Positions 37,255 through 50,800 of a DNA stretch of 64,000 bases are shown piece after piece; positions within the stretch are counted from its first letter, which is position 1, and every line of letters begins with the position of its first letter. The stretch is from Paraspadella gotoi (lineage: Eukaryota > Animalia > Chaetognatha). The stretch spans positions 7,200,180 through 7,264,179 of the forward strand of contig JBJCIZ010000239.1 of the NCBI GenBank assembly GCA_051294375.1, written 5' to 3'. Position numbers and translations under genes: made by a program. The notes under the pieces were generated by a model. That model saw only the letters and a program-made list of their open reading frames with translations, searched no databases and was not told the origin of the DNA.

Positions 37255-40200
37255 CTAGAAGCGACTCGCCTGTTGCTGCTGGTAGTCATCCTCTTCTTGG
37301 GGCTGCTGGAGGTGTTGGTTGGACATCCGGTTTCTTGTTGTTGCTGGCTTGATCCTGTCGATGGAGATCTTCTCTTGTCCTCGGCCATATGTCCACTGTG
37401 AAGGTATTGTCACTCTTGAGACTACTTTGTAAGGGCCCAAGTAGGGCGTAGCAGCGAAGTGACCCTGTGTGGCCACGGAGCACAAAAACCCAGTTTGCTG
37501 AGGCAAGACTGTGAGGAGATGAACAGGTGGCGTTTGAGTGCCAATTAGGAAACTACTGGTACTCAAACAATGCAACGTACCTTATCGTGTCTCAAGTTTT
37601 GCAGCTCATTTTGGGCATTTGCTCTTGTTGCGCTGTGTCTACCTATTACCAGTTCGCCTTGGGATTTGCCTATTGTATCTCCGAATACAAGGTTCTGGCT
37701 GCGTGATTGCTTGTAGGTCTTCTTTTGGTGGCAGACCTGAGTCCTTAATAAGACCCGGGTAGTTGATTGAACCAATTTTGCCGCCGGACGACGCATTCCA
37801 CAACGCGCTTTCAATGATGCCTTCATGGTACTGGTGAATAACCGTTCGACCATATCCCGTTCGGCCTGCGGGTGGTAAGCTGTAGGTGGTGTTTGAGCTT
37901 GGTAGCCCTATAGCTTGGGCTCAGCTGACTGCCACAGATTCAAGAAGTGAATTGTGTTCCCACGGTTCGAAGTGACCTGTGGACTGGTACACCGAAGTTC
38001 TGGCGATCCAGTTCTGAAGGGAAGGCTGTTGCTACGGTTACTGCGGAGATTCCGAAGGGGATATGCTTCAGGGCCAACGAGAAAAAACGCGTCTACCACA
38101 GGTTAAAAGGTACGTGCTAACCGCTTGAAGTGGCGCAAGGACCCACCAAGTCAATTGTGAACGTGTTCGAATCGCCTCGGCATGGTGCTTCGGAAAGTGT
38201 AGTGGAGCCTTGGGTAGTGTCGTCTGTAACCTTGCTGCCGCTGGCAGTCAAGGCAGGCCTGAGCCCATTTTTGCCACGTCTGACGCGGCTTTTGGCCAAA
38301 CAAATTCTCTTTGTTACCAGCTTTTTTTGTGCTTCTTGATGCTCCGGGTGAGCGAGGTTTGTGGTGATGGCATCATAACTCGACGGCGGCCATGTTGTTG
38401 GGAACCAAGGGCGCGCCCTTCCTGAACTGACATCGCAGATGATGTCAAAGTCGTTCAAGGTCGCAACTATCTTGAATCGCAGGCTGGTGTGGGCGTCCGC
38501 CAGGAGTCGCTAGATCTCCTTCGTCGGAACATTTGGTCGCCGCTAAACTGGCAAAATCGACGGCCTTGGGGGACAACTGCGTTGACCGTTGGCGACCAAA
38601 CGAGGATTTCTTGAAGGTCCTGATTGATCCTTCAGGTTCTGGCACCTGCTTGCTGGGCTGATGGATTCTTGAATAGTGTAGTTCCGCTACCACGGTTGGC
38701 CTGCCTCGATTGTATCGCGATGTCTGTTGGTGTATTCGCGAGAGGCAGATAATTAATATGTTTAGACGCATTGAGTGGTGGCTCAGATTTCTTGCGTATG
38801 GCGGGAACTAGGGCTGTTCTGGTCATGGAGCAACATGAACGGAAGTAGCGCCTTCCAGGAAGGCCTGAGTGCCGGACTTGAGCGCGAGGTGGTGCGGCAA
38901 GGAGTTCGGCCATGGACCGGTCGAAAGGTGGCCATTTTGTCTTGGTTCTGAAGCTAGCGGGGCTGAGAAAAAGCCTAAGGGCTTGCGCATTGACCACCAA
39001 TCTTCTGCTCCAGGACGCCGCCAATGGCCGTTCAGTGACGCATGATGGTCTAGGGCCAGAGGTGCCCCATCACAGCGTGGTGACAAGCATAGTTGCGTTT
39101 GCCAGAGCTTCTTTCGACTTTGTTTTGAAGGCTCGAGTCACTCAATGGTCCATTTGAGGACTCGGGGGTGTGCCTTTTAAGGCTTGTATAAATTAAAATG
39201 GTGTAAGCGACTTCGGCGATGTGTGGAATGAACGCCGGGGGTAGTCAGTTGAGCATGGCCCCAAGTACTTTGAGACCTCTCTTGACTGATGTTTGCGCTG
39301 TGCGGAATTGTTTGATGTGTTCGACTTTTGTGTCCAATGGCCTGACGCCTGTTGCGTCTACCTTTGGTAACCGAGATCGAGTGATGGTACGCCGCAGTAC
39401 GCCATTTTGCCGCCTAGTTTCACTACTAAACCATTTGCTCTGCAGGGTGTCAACAGTAGTATGCTGAGATCTTGCATGTGTTCTTCCCTCGTTTGCCTTG
39501 AGGCGACACGAGGATCGTCCATCCTAAGATATACAAAGATGGTGTGGTACATCTTTGAGGGCTTCGCTCCATCATTCCTTTGAAAATCAGGGCCCTGCAT
39601 TCTTGAGACCACACTGGGGTGAACGGGGAATTCCCACACGAGCCAAAGGCGGAGTGATGACGGGCGTCTTGCAAATATCCTGCTCCTGCCTCACACGGTA
39701 CTTGATGGTAGCCTTTACAAAGGTCTAACTTTCGAAAAAATTGTTTTGCCTGCCGAATGTGCCGTTGAAATCCATCAAAATTTTTGATGGCGGTATGCGG
39801 TTGTCTTTTGTGACTGCGTGAGGCGCCTGTAGTCGCCGCAAATGTTTAAGTGAGCCGTCAGGTTTTCTTAACCACATGTAAGTGGTGATGCCAACACTCT
39901 TGCTCTTCCCGTATTAGATTGCCAGTATCTCCATTTTTGCAAATTTCTTCTTTGGCTGATTTGGAGTTTGTCAGGTGCAAGTCGGCCGTGCTTGGGAGTG
40001 GACAGGCGGGCACCCTCGTTGGACATGTGGCTGTTCTACACCGTCTTTGGTCTTCGAAAGCGAGTCATAATCTGCGAGTTGTGTGGAGTCTGGGCTTCGT
40101 CACTCAATTGAAATAGGCATTATTGACTGTAATTGACTCTGAACAGGCCTGTTCCAGGTCAAGATTTGCTGCGATTGTTGAAAATCATCAAAAAAAGATC

Positions 40201-42052
40201 AACGGAGTAGGCCAGAGCTTGTGGTCAGCGGCTAAATGATGCTCCATCAGAAAATTCAGCTCCAAGAATAGGTCGTAACGTCGGCGAGTACGGTTGTTTA
40301 GTGACGTAATGGTGCGGTCTTCCTAGTCTGATTATGATTTGTTTAGTGGCCGTAGGAGAGATTGGGAGACCCGTTTGCAGCATGAAGTTGAGGACGGAGC
40401 CACTGCGGAGCTGTTTCTGATGGCGAGGCGGCCATCAAAGTGACGCTGCCACCCACCGTCCACAAGCCTATGTCAAAGTTTGTTGTTGTGTGTCGTACAC
40501 GTGCCGTAATGGGTTCTGTAGCTACCAGCAGCGGCGTTTACTGCCTCCGGCTGCTGGCTCGAGCCGTTCTCCCTGTTTGCATCCTGGGTAGCATTTGATT
40601 GCTCGGTCTCCAAATGTCCGATGATTAGAAACAAAGTCCATTGATGAAATCAGGAGAGGAGTTGAAGAGTTTGAAACTGGTCGGGCGAGAGAAGGTAGAG
40701 CTGTTGCTGTTTTTGGGGGAAACAGGCGCTGCTGTGTTCGCTGGGTCTTCGGTAGCCCAGGTCGGACCTGTGTCCTGGGGCGTAGTTGGCCACGTCCGGA
40801 AGGTCGCCGGCACACGACGCTTGGCGCTACGTGCGTGGAGGCCACATCTCTGTGGTGGATGGCGTCGATCGCGCAAGTCGGGCGCAGTACTCCATCGCAC
40901 TCTGATGTCGAAAGGTCGTCTCCAAAGATGCCCTCATCGAATTGGAGGTTGTCCGACATGGACTGACGACTTTCAAGTGGGTTTGAGGTGATCTGAAGAT
41001 CACCTGGGCAGAGTAAATGTCGTCGCCGCTTCTTGGCGATTCGCTTCCGGCCGTCTTCTGTCCCCATCGCTGAGCTACGCCTTCCGGCCACATGGCGGGA
41101 GACTCTCGGGCAGGATCGCGTTGAGGAGATGGTCGATCGTCAGGGATTCGACCTCAGCGCGCGCAGTGCGGCCACAACTGCGAGAGCGCGTGCGTCCTGC
41201 GTGAGGGAGTGGTGACTAGGAGCTTCTGGCCTTTTGCGGGCTTTTCGGCCAACAGCTGCAGTTAGCTGCTTTTTCAGCGCTTATGTAAACCACCAGAGAA
41301 CAGGGTGGTGCTGTCGGATATAAAAACACCTTCCAGACCAGCGGACCTGATGCTTTCCCTTGGTACGGTACCGCACAAGAAGGTGCAATCTTTTTGTGCT
41401 GATCGTCTGTAACTGCAGCGAGGCGGAACTCTCCGATGCCTCGAAGCCAGCAAGCCAGGCTCTGATGTGCAACATCAAAAGGCGGCAACTTAGGCGTCTT
41501 GGACCGGTTGGTGCTGGGCGTCTGGCAATCCATAGGCATGGTGGAGGAGGCGTCGGCGTTGTCCGGGTGGTTCTGTCCTGCAAACTGGCACAAACGTTGA
41601 TTGAGGTCGCCTGTGGACCTATGTGGCATCGACTGTGGTGCCTGCTGAGCTGCTAGCAGGCGTTGAACCTGGGATGTTAGGTATTCTATTGATGCCCTGA
41701 CACTTGTATTAAAACTTTCCTGTTTTGCTTCTAATCCTAGGATCCTATTATTGAAAGTCGTAATCAGCCCGTTTGATGATCCTTGTGCGGTCCTCATGGA
41801 GCCGACGTTGGAACGGGGGGGCGTGAAAACGCTCTTGACCCTGGTTTGGTCACCGCGTGGCGTCTTGAAAGCGTCTTCCTGGTCCGGCGAAGGTGGTGGT
41901 GATGAGATTGGAGTGGAGTCATCGACGGTGATGATGGGTAGCGGGGTGCCGTCCTCTATGCGGCGTCGCTTGAGATTCTCCGCTGAAGGTGAGGTGGAGG
42001 CGCGGCGAGCTCCACGTCCTTGAGGGGCCTCCAGATCCAAAAGATGCTCCAT
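37255..42052 (-). CDS. Gypsy gag-pol (PR-RT-RNaseH-IN), frameshifted, probably by read errors
   Basis: KLPPF gag motif, CHCC motif (C..HRTFGDRAIKCYPGC), RT/RNaseH fragments, integrase IDLVGP and GPY motifs. Confidence 0.88.
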
Positions 42053-42795
42053 CTTGACTTAGCTAAAAATGATTTACTGTAAAAAATACTAAATCTGCGC
42101 CGGACAGACAAGACAAAAATTTTTCAATCTTCCTAATCAAGGGAGAAATCCGAAAGAAAAATTTTCGCGTAATTGTTTTGAGAATTAGAGCTAGCAAAAT
42201 TATCTAATAAAAATTGCTCAATACGGCGCGGTAAGATGAAAAAACGCGTTGGCGAGACGGTTTCTCACAATACCGTAGGTTAAAATTAAATGAAAAGGTA
42301 TTTTAAACTTAGAGCTAGTTATAAAATTTTTCAAAAACGGAATAAAAATTGATTAGGGTTAGTATTGTATTTCAAAATTAAGCCAAAAGAGAAATCGTTG
42401 AAAACGCCTAATAAAAAAGAATTAAACTTGAGCTTTGATGAGGTAATCCAGGTAGACAAGACGAAACGTTGGACGAAATGTGGGACGCGCGCGACTGAGA
42501 AAAATAGAAATTGCGAAAATCGTTTAGTTTTTTTGAAGTTGAAAATATTTTGAAGAAAAATGCGCCGAAAAACGAATATAAACTGATCGCGAAATTGGCC
42601 GTGAAACTGAGCGGAATTTTATCGCTAATTAAACCGCCAATTTACGATTGATAAATAAAATAATTGATCAATCACTAGATCAATCAAATCATAAATCAAT
42701 CAATCAGTTATAATGGAGTTCAGAAGGTTACTTATCTTTTAGTCGGGATCACTAATGTAGAAGACGAAAATAAAGGTAGGAAAAAAGGTGAAGAA

Positions 42796-45700
42796 TCCCC
42801 CCTCAGTTTCGGACCCTTAGGGTCGAAACTGACCCTATTTACACTTGAGGTGCACTTGTACTACTAGTTTAAGAACAAAGTACTTTACAATATTGTTTGC
42901 TCCTTGGGGGAATATTTGGGCAAAACAATAAGGTTCTAGGAGAAACAATTGGGGGACCCACAAAAAGGGGTTGTCTTCTAACAATTATTTACATATATCT
43001 GCTTCCCAAAAAAAAAAAAAAATTGTTTGGGAAGAAATTTTACAAAAAAGGAGTAGGGGATAGGAAAAATGATTTGTTTGTCAAAGATGTTATGATGATT
43101 GCTTGCTGTTAGCAAGCTTGGTTAAATGGTGAAAATCACTGTTGATGATTACTTGCTGTTAGGCAGTTGTTGATTAATCGTAACAGTGACCAACTGGTGA
43201 TGATTGGGTGATAGTGCTGATAACCGGTTATCTAACAAATAGCGGATAATCGCGAATGACTGATAGTTAGATGCTTAAACATCTAAAATACAATATATAT
43301 CTGTCCTTCAGAACCCAGACGATGGTATTGTCTTGCACCGTGCTTGTCTCTGAGGTTGGAATTCGTGTTTGGTTGTCGAGTGGATTGTTTGTCCGTGGTG
43401 GCCGTTGCTGTTGCTGTGAAGGTTTCTTGTTTTGACTGTTGCTGTTGAGGTTGAGTCGCCTGAAGGATATAAAATGTTGGGAATGAGTGGAGTCGGCCGC
43501 TTGGGCTGACTCTTGTTCTATTATTTTGTTTGAGACCTTCCCCCCTAGGCGACTCGCCTGTTTGCTGCTGGTAGTCCATCCTCTTCTTGGGGCTGCTGGA
43601 GTGTGTTGGTTGACATCCGGTTTCTTGTTGTTTGTGGCTTGATCTAGTCGATGGGGGGAGATCCTTCTCGTTGTCCTCGCCATGGGATGTCCACTGTGAA
43701 GGTATTGTCATCTCTTGAGACTACTTTGTAAGGGCCCAAAGTAGGGCGTAGCTAGCGAGTGACACTTGTGGCCCACGGAGCACAAAAACCCAGTTTGCTG
43801 AGGCAAGACTGTGAGGAGATGAACAGGTGGGTTTGAGTGCCAATTAGGACTACTGGTCTCAAACAATGCAACGTCGTGTCTCAAGTTTTGCAGCTCATTT
43901 TGGGCATTTGCTCTTGTGGCTGTGTACCTATTACCAGTTGCCTGGGATTTGCTATTGTATCTCCGAATACAAGGTTCTGGCTGGTGATGCTTGTAGGTCT
44001 TCTTTTGGTGGCAGACCTGAGTCCTAATAAGACCCGGGTAGTTGATTGAACCATTTTGCGCCGGAACGCATCACACGCGTTTCAATGATTGCCTTCATGG
44101 TACATGGTGAAAACCGTTTCGACCATCCCGTTCGCCTGCGGGTGGTAAGCTGTGGTGGTGTTTGAGTTGGTAGCCTATAGCTTTGGCTCAGCTGATGCCA
44201 CAATTCAAGAAGTGAATTGTGTTCCCACCGGTCGAAGTGACCTGTGACTGGTACATCCGAATCTGGCGATCCAGTTCTGAAGGAAGGCTGTTGCTACGGT
44301 TACTGCGGAGATTCCGAAGGGGATATGCTTCAAGGCCAACGAGAAAAAACGGTCTACCAGTTTAAAAGGTACGTGTAACCGTCTGAAGTGGGCAAGGGAC
44401 CCACCAAGTCAATGTGAACGTGGTTTCGAATCGCTCGATGGTGCTTCGAAAGTGTAGTGGGAGCCTGGGTGTGTCGTTGTAACCTTGCTGCGCCTGGCAG
44501 TCAAGGCAGGCCTGAGCCCAATTTTGCCACGTCTGACGCGGCTTTTGGCCAAACAAATCCTCTTGTTACCAGCTTTTTTTGTGCTTTTGATGCTCCGGGT
44601 GAGCGAGGTTTTGTGATGGCATCATAAACTCGACGGCGGCCAGTTGTGGGGAACCAAGGGGCGCGCCGCTTCCTGACTGACATCGCAGATGAATGTCAAA
44701 GTCGTTCAAGGTCGAACTATCTTGAATCGCAGGCTGGTGTGGGCGTCCCCAGGAGTCGCTGGATCTCCTCGTCGGAACTTTGGTCGCCGCTAAAGCGGCA
44801 AAATCGACGCCTTGGGGGACACTGCGTTGACGTTTGGCGACAAACGAGGGATTTCTGAAGGTCCTGATTTGATCCTTCAGGTTTGGCCCTGCTTGCTGGG
44901 CTGATGATTCTTGATAGTGTGTCCGCTACCGACGTGCCTGCCCTCGATGTATCGGATTGTCTGTTGTGTATTCGAGATGGCAGATAATTATATGTTTGAA
45001 CGCATTGAGTGTGGCTCAGATTTCTTGCGTATGGCGGGAATAGGCTGTTCTGGTCAGAGAACATGAACGAAGTAACCGCCTTCCAGGAAGGGCCGCTGAA
45101 GTGCCGGACTGAGCGGTGTGCGGCAAGGAGTTCCCGGTCGAAGGTGGCCATTTTGTCTGGTTCTGACAGCTAGCGGGGCTGAGAAAAAGCCTAAGGGTTG
45201 CGGCCATTGACCACCAATCTTCTGCTCCAGGACGCCCGCAATGGCGTTTCAGTGAACGCATGATGGTCTAGGGCCAGAGGTGCCCCATCCAGCAGGGTGA
45301 CAAGCATAGTTGCGTTTGCCAGAGCTTCTTTCGACTTTGTTTTGAAGGCTCGAGTCACTCAATGGTTCCATTTGAGGACTCGGGGTTGCCTTTTAAGGCT
45401 TGGTATATATGGTGTAAGGACTTCGGCGATGTGTGGAATGAAACGCCGGTAGTCAGTTGAGCATGCCCCAAGTACTTTGGACCTCTTTGACTGATGTTTG
45501 GCTGTGGGAATTGTTTGATGTGTTCGATCTTTTGTGTCCAATGGCCTGACGCCTGTTGCGTCTACCTGGTAACCGAGATCGAGTTGAATGGTACGCGCAG
45601 TACCCCATTTTGCCCTGTTTCACTACTAAACCATTTGCTTGCAGGGTGTCGAACAGTAGTGTGAGATTTGCATGTGTTCTTCCCTCGTTGCCTTGAGGCG

Positions 45701-47622
45701 ACCAGGATGTCATCTAGATATACAAAGATGTGTGGTTAGCATCTTTGAGGGCTTCGTCCATCATTCCTTTGAAAATCAGGCCCTGCATTCTTGAGACAAT
45801 GGGGTGAACGGGAATTCCCACACGAAGCAAAGGGAGTGATGACGGCTGTCTTGCAAATATTCCTCTCTGGCTACACGGTACTTGATGGTAGCCTTACAAA
45901 GGTCTAACTTTCGAAAAAATTGTTTTGCCTGCGACATGTGCGTTGAAATCCATCAAATTTTTGATGGGGTTATGCGGTTGTCTTTTGTGACTGCGTTGAG
46001 GCGCCTGTAGTCGGCCGCAAATGTTTAAGTGAGCCGTCAGGTTTTTTAACTCACATGTAAGTGGTGATGCCAAGCACTCTTGCTCTTCCGTATGATTGCC
46101 AGTTCTCCATTTTTGCAATTCTTCTTTGGCTGATTTGAGTTTGTCAGGTGCAAGTCGGCGTGCTTGGGAGTGGACAGGGCGGCACCCTCGTTGTGCATGT
46201 GGTGTTCTATCACCGTCTTGGTCTTCAAGGGTCATAATCTGGAGTTGTGTGAGTCTGGGCTTCGTCATTCAATTTGAAATAGGCATTATTGACTGTAATT
46301 GACTCTGAAGGCCTTGTCCAGGTAAGATTTGCCTGCGATTGTTGAAAATCATCAAAAAAAGATCAACGGAGTAGGCCAGAGCTTGTGGTCAGCGGCTAAA
46401 TGATGCTCCATCAGAAATCAGCTCCAAGAATAAGGGGTCGTAACGTCGGCGAGTACGGTTGTTAGTGACGTATGGTTGCGGTCTTCCTAGTCCTGATAGT
46501 GATTTGTTTAGTGGCCGTAGGAAGAGATTGGAGACCCGTTTGCAGCATGAAGTTGAGGCACGGAGCCACTGCGGAGCTTTTCTGAATGGCGAGGCGCCAT
46601 CAAAGTGACGCTGCCACACCCAACCGTCCCACAAGCCATGTCAAAGTTTGTTGTTGTTGTCGTACACGTGCCGTAAGGGTTCTGTAGCTACCAGCAGCGG
46701 CGTTTACTGCCTCCCGGCTGCTGGCTCGGCGTTTCCCTGTTTGCATCCTGGGTCAGCATTTGATTGGCTCGGTCTCCAAATGTCCGATGATTAGAACAAA
46801 GTCCATTGATGAAATCAAGGAGAGGAGTTGAGAGTTTGAAAAACTGGGTCGGGCGAGAGAAGGTAAGAGCTGTTGCTGTTTTTGGGGGAAACAGGCGCTG
46901 CTGTGTTCGCTGTCTCGGTAGCCCAGGTCGGAACCTGTGTCCTGGGGCGTAGTTGGCCACGTCCGGAAGTCGCGGCACACACGCCCTGGCGTACGTGCGT
47001 GGAGGCACATCTCTGTGGTGGATGGCGTCGATCGCGCAGTCGGGCGCGAGTACTCCATCGCACTCCTGAGGTCGGAAAGGTCGGTCTCAAAGAGTGCCCT
47101 CATCGAATTGGGAGGTGTCCGACATGGACTGACGGATTTGTTCGAATGGTTTGAAGGTGATCTGAAGATCACCTTGGGCAAGAGTAAATGCGTCCCGCTT
47201 CTTGGCATCGCTTCGCGGCGTCTCGTCCCATCGCTGGCTACGCCTTCCGGCCACATGCGGGAGGACTCTCGGCCAGGATCGCGTTGAGGAGATGGTCGAT
47301 CGTCAGGGATTGACCTCAGCGCGCGCAGTGCGGCCACAACTGCGGAGAGGCGTGCGTCCTGGTCGAGGGAGTGGTGACTAGGAGCCTTCTGGCCTTGTTG
47401 GCCGGCTTTTCCCGGCCAACAGCTCAGTTAGCTGCTTTTTCAAGGCTTTGGTAAACCACCAGAGACAGGGTGGTCGTCGGTTATAAAAAACCTCGACGCA
47501 GGGACCTGATGCTTTCCCTGTGGTACCGCACCAAGAAGGTGCAATCTTTTTGTGCTGATCGTCTGTACTGCAGCGAGGCGAGAATTCTCCGCCTCGAAGC
47601 AGCAAGCCAGGCTCTGATGTGC
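42796..47622 (-). repeat. Apparently exact inverted copy of 49681-54507 (Gypsy internal region); likely assembly artefact
   Basis: All ORFs mirror with coordinate sum 97303 and identical translations, including the frameshifts. Confidence 0.9.
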
Positions 47623-47773
47623 TAAGGTCATTGCCAAAGCTAGGGCAAAGTGACCGTGTGGTTTAGACCGGCTCGGAAAAAGAGAAGAGAGGAAGGGTTT
47701 AGAGAGAGACCGGTGGTAAGTCGCCTCACTGTATTTATTAATTTTCTTTTTATCATTTTGGAATATTTCTCAC

Positions 47774-47868
47774 CCGTCTATATTATAAACATATAAAACT
47801 CCTTTGTGCCAAACACCAAAAGATCCATCCGAAGAATGAGGAGGATTTCCTTGAGTCTTGATGCGACT
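47774..47868 (-). CDS. Kelch-repeat protein, 3' part of upstream exon (longer mirrored copy at 47871-48048, plus)
   Basis: Mirrored copy reads IWGG...MWIF...SRIKTKG.HPP...NIDG|gtgag across indels; phase matches the next exon. Confidence 0.7.
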
Positions 47869-47870
47869 CT

Positions 47871-50800
47871 ATTTGGGGCGGTATAACATTTTTTAATTAT
47901 CCCTACCAAACTTCATGTGGATTTTCATCACATCACCAATTCGTTGGTAGTCGCATCAAGACTAAAGGAACATCCTCCTCATCTTCGGATGAAATCTTTG
48001 GCTGTGTTAGGCACAAAGGGAGGTTTTATATGTTTATAATATAGACGGGTGAGGAAAATATTCCAAACATGCATAAAAAGAAAATTAATAAGAACAGAGG
48101 CGACTTAACCACCGCGTCTCTCTCTAAACCCCTTCCTCTCTTCTCTTTTTCCGAGCGGTCTAAACCCACCACGGTCCACTTTGCCCTAGCTTTGGCAAAT
48201 GACCTTAAAGAATACCCGACACAGTAATAGGGCCGAGGGCGACCGTAGGTCAGTTGGTCGGGCGATATAAAGCTGGATCAGGAAGAGTAGCTCGTCCTCA
48301 CTTCTTCTCTACTTCTCTTACATCGTCACAATTCTTCACCTTTTTTCCCTACCTTTATTTTCGTCTTCTACATTAGTGATCCCGACTAAAGATTAATTAA
48401 CCTTCTGAACTCATTATAAAAAACTGATTGATTGATTTTATGATTTGATTGATCTAGTGATGAAATCAATTATTTTATGATCAATTCGATAAAATTGGCG
48501 GATTTAATTAGCGATAAAATTCCGCTCAGTTTCACGGCCAATTTTCGCGAATCAGTTATATTCGTTTTTCGGCGCATTTTCTTTCAAAATATTTTCAACT
48601 TCCAAAAAAACTAAACGATTTTCGCAATTTCTATTTTTCTCAGTCGCGCGGTTCCCACATTTCGTCCAACGTTTCGTCTTGTCTACCTGGATACCTCATC
48701 AAAGCTCAAGTTTAATTCTTTTTTAATAGGCGTTTTCAACGATTTCTCTTTTGGCTTAATTTTGAAATACAATACTAACCCTAATCAATTTTAGTCGTTT
48801 TTGAAAAATTTTATAACTAGCTTCTAATTTAAAATAACCTTTCATTAATTTTAACCTACGGTATCTGTGAGAAACCGTCTCGCCAACGCGTTTTTTCATG
48901 TCTTACCGCGCCGTATGAGCAATTTTTATTAGAATAAATTTTGCTAGCTCTAATTCTCAAAACCAATTACGCGAAAATTTTTCTTTCGGATTTCTCCCTG
49001 ATTAGGAAGATTAAAAATTGTTTGTCTTGTTCTGTCCGGCGCAGATATTAGTATTTTTTACAGAAATCATTTTAGCTAAGTCAAGATGGAGCATCTTTTG
49101 GATCTGGAGGCCTCAAGGACGTGGAGCTCGCCGCGGCCTCCACCTCACCTTTCATCGGAGAATCTCAAAGCGACGCCGCAAAGAGGACGCACCCCGCTAC
49201 CCATCATCACCGTCGATGACTCCACCTCCAATCTCATCACCACCACCTTCGCCGGACAGGAAGACGCTTCAAGACGCACACGCGGTGACCAAACCAGGGT
49301 CAAGAGCTTTTCACGCCCCCCGTTCCAACGTCGGCTCCATGAGGACCGCCACAAGATCAATCAAACGCGGCTGATTACGACTTCAATAATATGAGATAAA
49401 ATGATTAAGGATCCTAGGATTAGAAGCAAAACAGGAAAGTTTAATACAATCAGGGCATCCAATAGAATACCTAAACATCCCAGAGTTCAACGCCTGCTAG
49501 CAGCTCATCAGGCACCACAGTCGATGCCACATAGGTCCACAGGCGACCTCAATCAACGTTTGTGCAGTTGCAGGACAGAACCACCCGGACAACGCCGACG
49601 CCTCCTCCACCATGCCTATGGATTGCCAGGACGCCCAGCACAACCGGTCCAAGGACGCTAAGTTTTCCGCCTTTGATGTTGCACATCAGAGCCTGGCTTG
49701 CTGCTTCGAGGCGGAGAATTCTCGCCTCGCTGCAGTACAGACGATCAGCACAAAAAGATTGCACCTTCTTGGTGCGGTACCACAGGGAAAGCATCAGGTC
49801 CCTGCGTCGAGGTTTTTTATAACCGACGACCACCCTGTCTCTGGTGGTTTACCAAAGCCTTGAAAAAGCAGCTAACTGAGCTGTTGGCCGGGAAAAGCCG
49901 GCCAACAAGGCCAGAAGGCTCCTAGTCACCACTCCCTCGACCAGGACGCACGCCTCTCCGCAGTTGTGGCCGCACTGCGCGCGCTGAGGTCAATCCCTGA
50001 CGATCGACCATCTCCTCAACGCGATCCTGGCCGAGAGTCCTCCCGCATGTGGCCGGAAGGCGTAGCCAGCGATGGGACGAGACGCCGCGAAGCGATGCCA
50101 AGAAGCGGGACGCATTTACTCTTGCCCAAGGTGATCTTCAGATCACCTTCAAACCATTCGAACAAATCCGTCAGTCCATGTCGGACACCTCCCAATTCGA
50201 TGAGGGCACTCTTTGAGACCGACCTTTCCGACCTCAGGAGTGCGATGGAGTACTCGCGCCCGACTGCGCGATCGACGCCATCCACCACAGAGATGTGCCT
50301 CCACGCACGTACGCCAGGGCGTGTGTGCCGCGACTTCCGGACGTGGCCAACTACGCCCCAGGACACAGGTTCCGACCTGGGCTACCGAGACAGCGAACAC
50401 AGCAGCGCCTGTTTCCCCCAAAAACAGCAACAGCTCTTACCTTCTCTCGCCCGACCCAGTTTTTCAAACTCTCAACTCCTCTCCTTGATTTCATCAATGG
50501 ACTTTGTTCTAATCATCGGACATTTGGAGACCGAGCCAATCAAATGCTGACCCAGGATGCAAACAGGGAAACGCCGAGCCAGCAGCCGGGAGGCAGTAAA
50601 CGCCGCTGCTGGTAGCTACAGAACCCTTACGGCACGTGTACGACAACAACAACAAACTTTGACATGGCTTGTGGGACGGTTGGGTGTGGCAGCGTCACTT
50701 TGATGGCGCCTCGCCATTCAGAAAAGCTCCGCAGTGGCTCCGTGCCTCAACTTCATGCTGCAAACGGGTCTCCAATCTCTTCCTACGGCCACTAAACAAA

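Larger units (their letters stand above)
36247..47728 (-). mobile_element. Ty3/Gypsy LTR retrotransposon, CsRN1 clade (true length ~6.7 kb; 5' LTR split by the artefactual insert 42796-47622)
   Basis: 3' LTR 36247-36518, PPT 36519-36528, PBS TTAGTGATCCCGAC (tRNA-Trp-like) next to 42756, 5' LTR pieces 42756-42795 and 47623-47728; 4-bp TSD CTGT. Confidence 0.9.
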
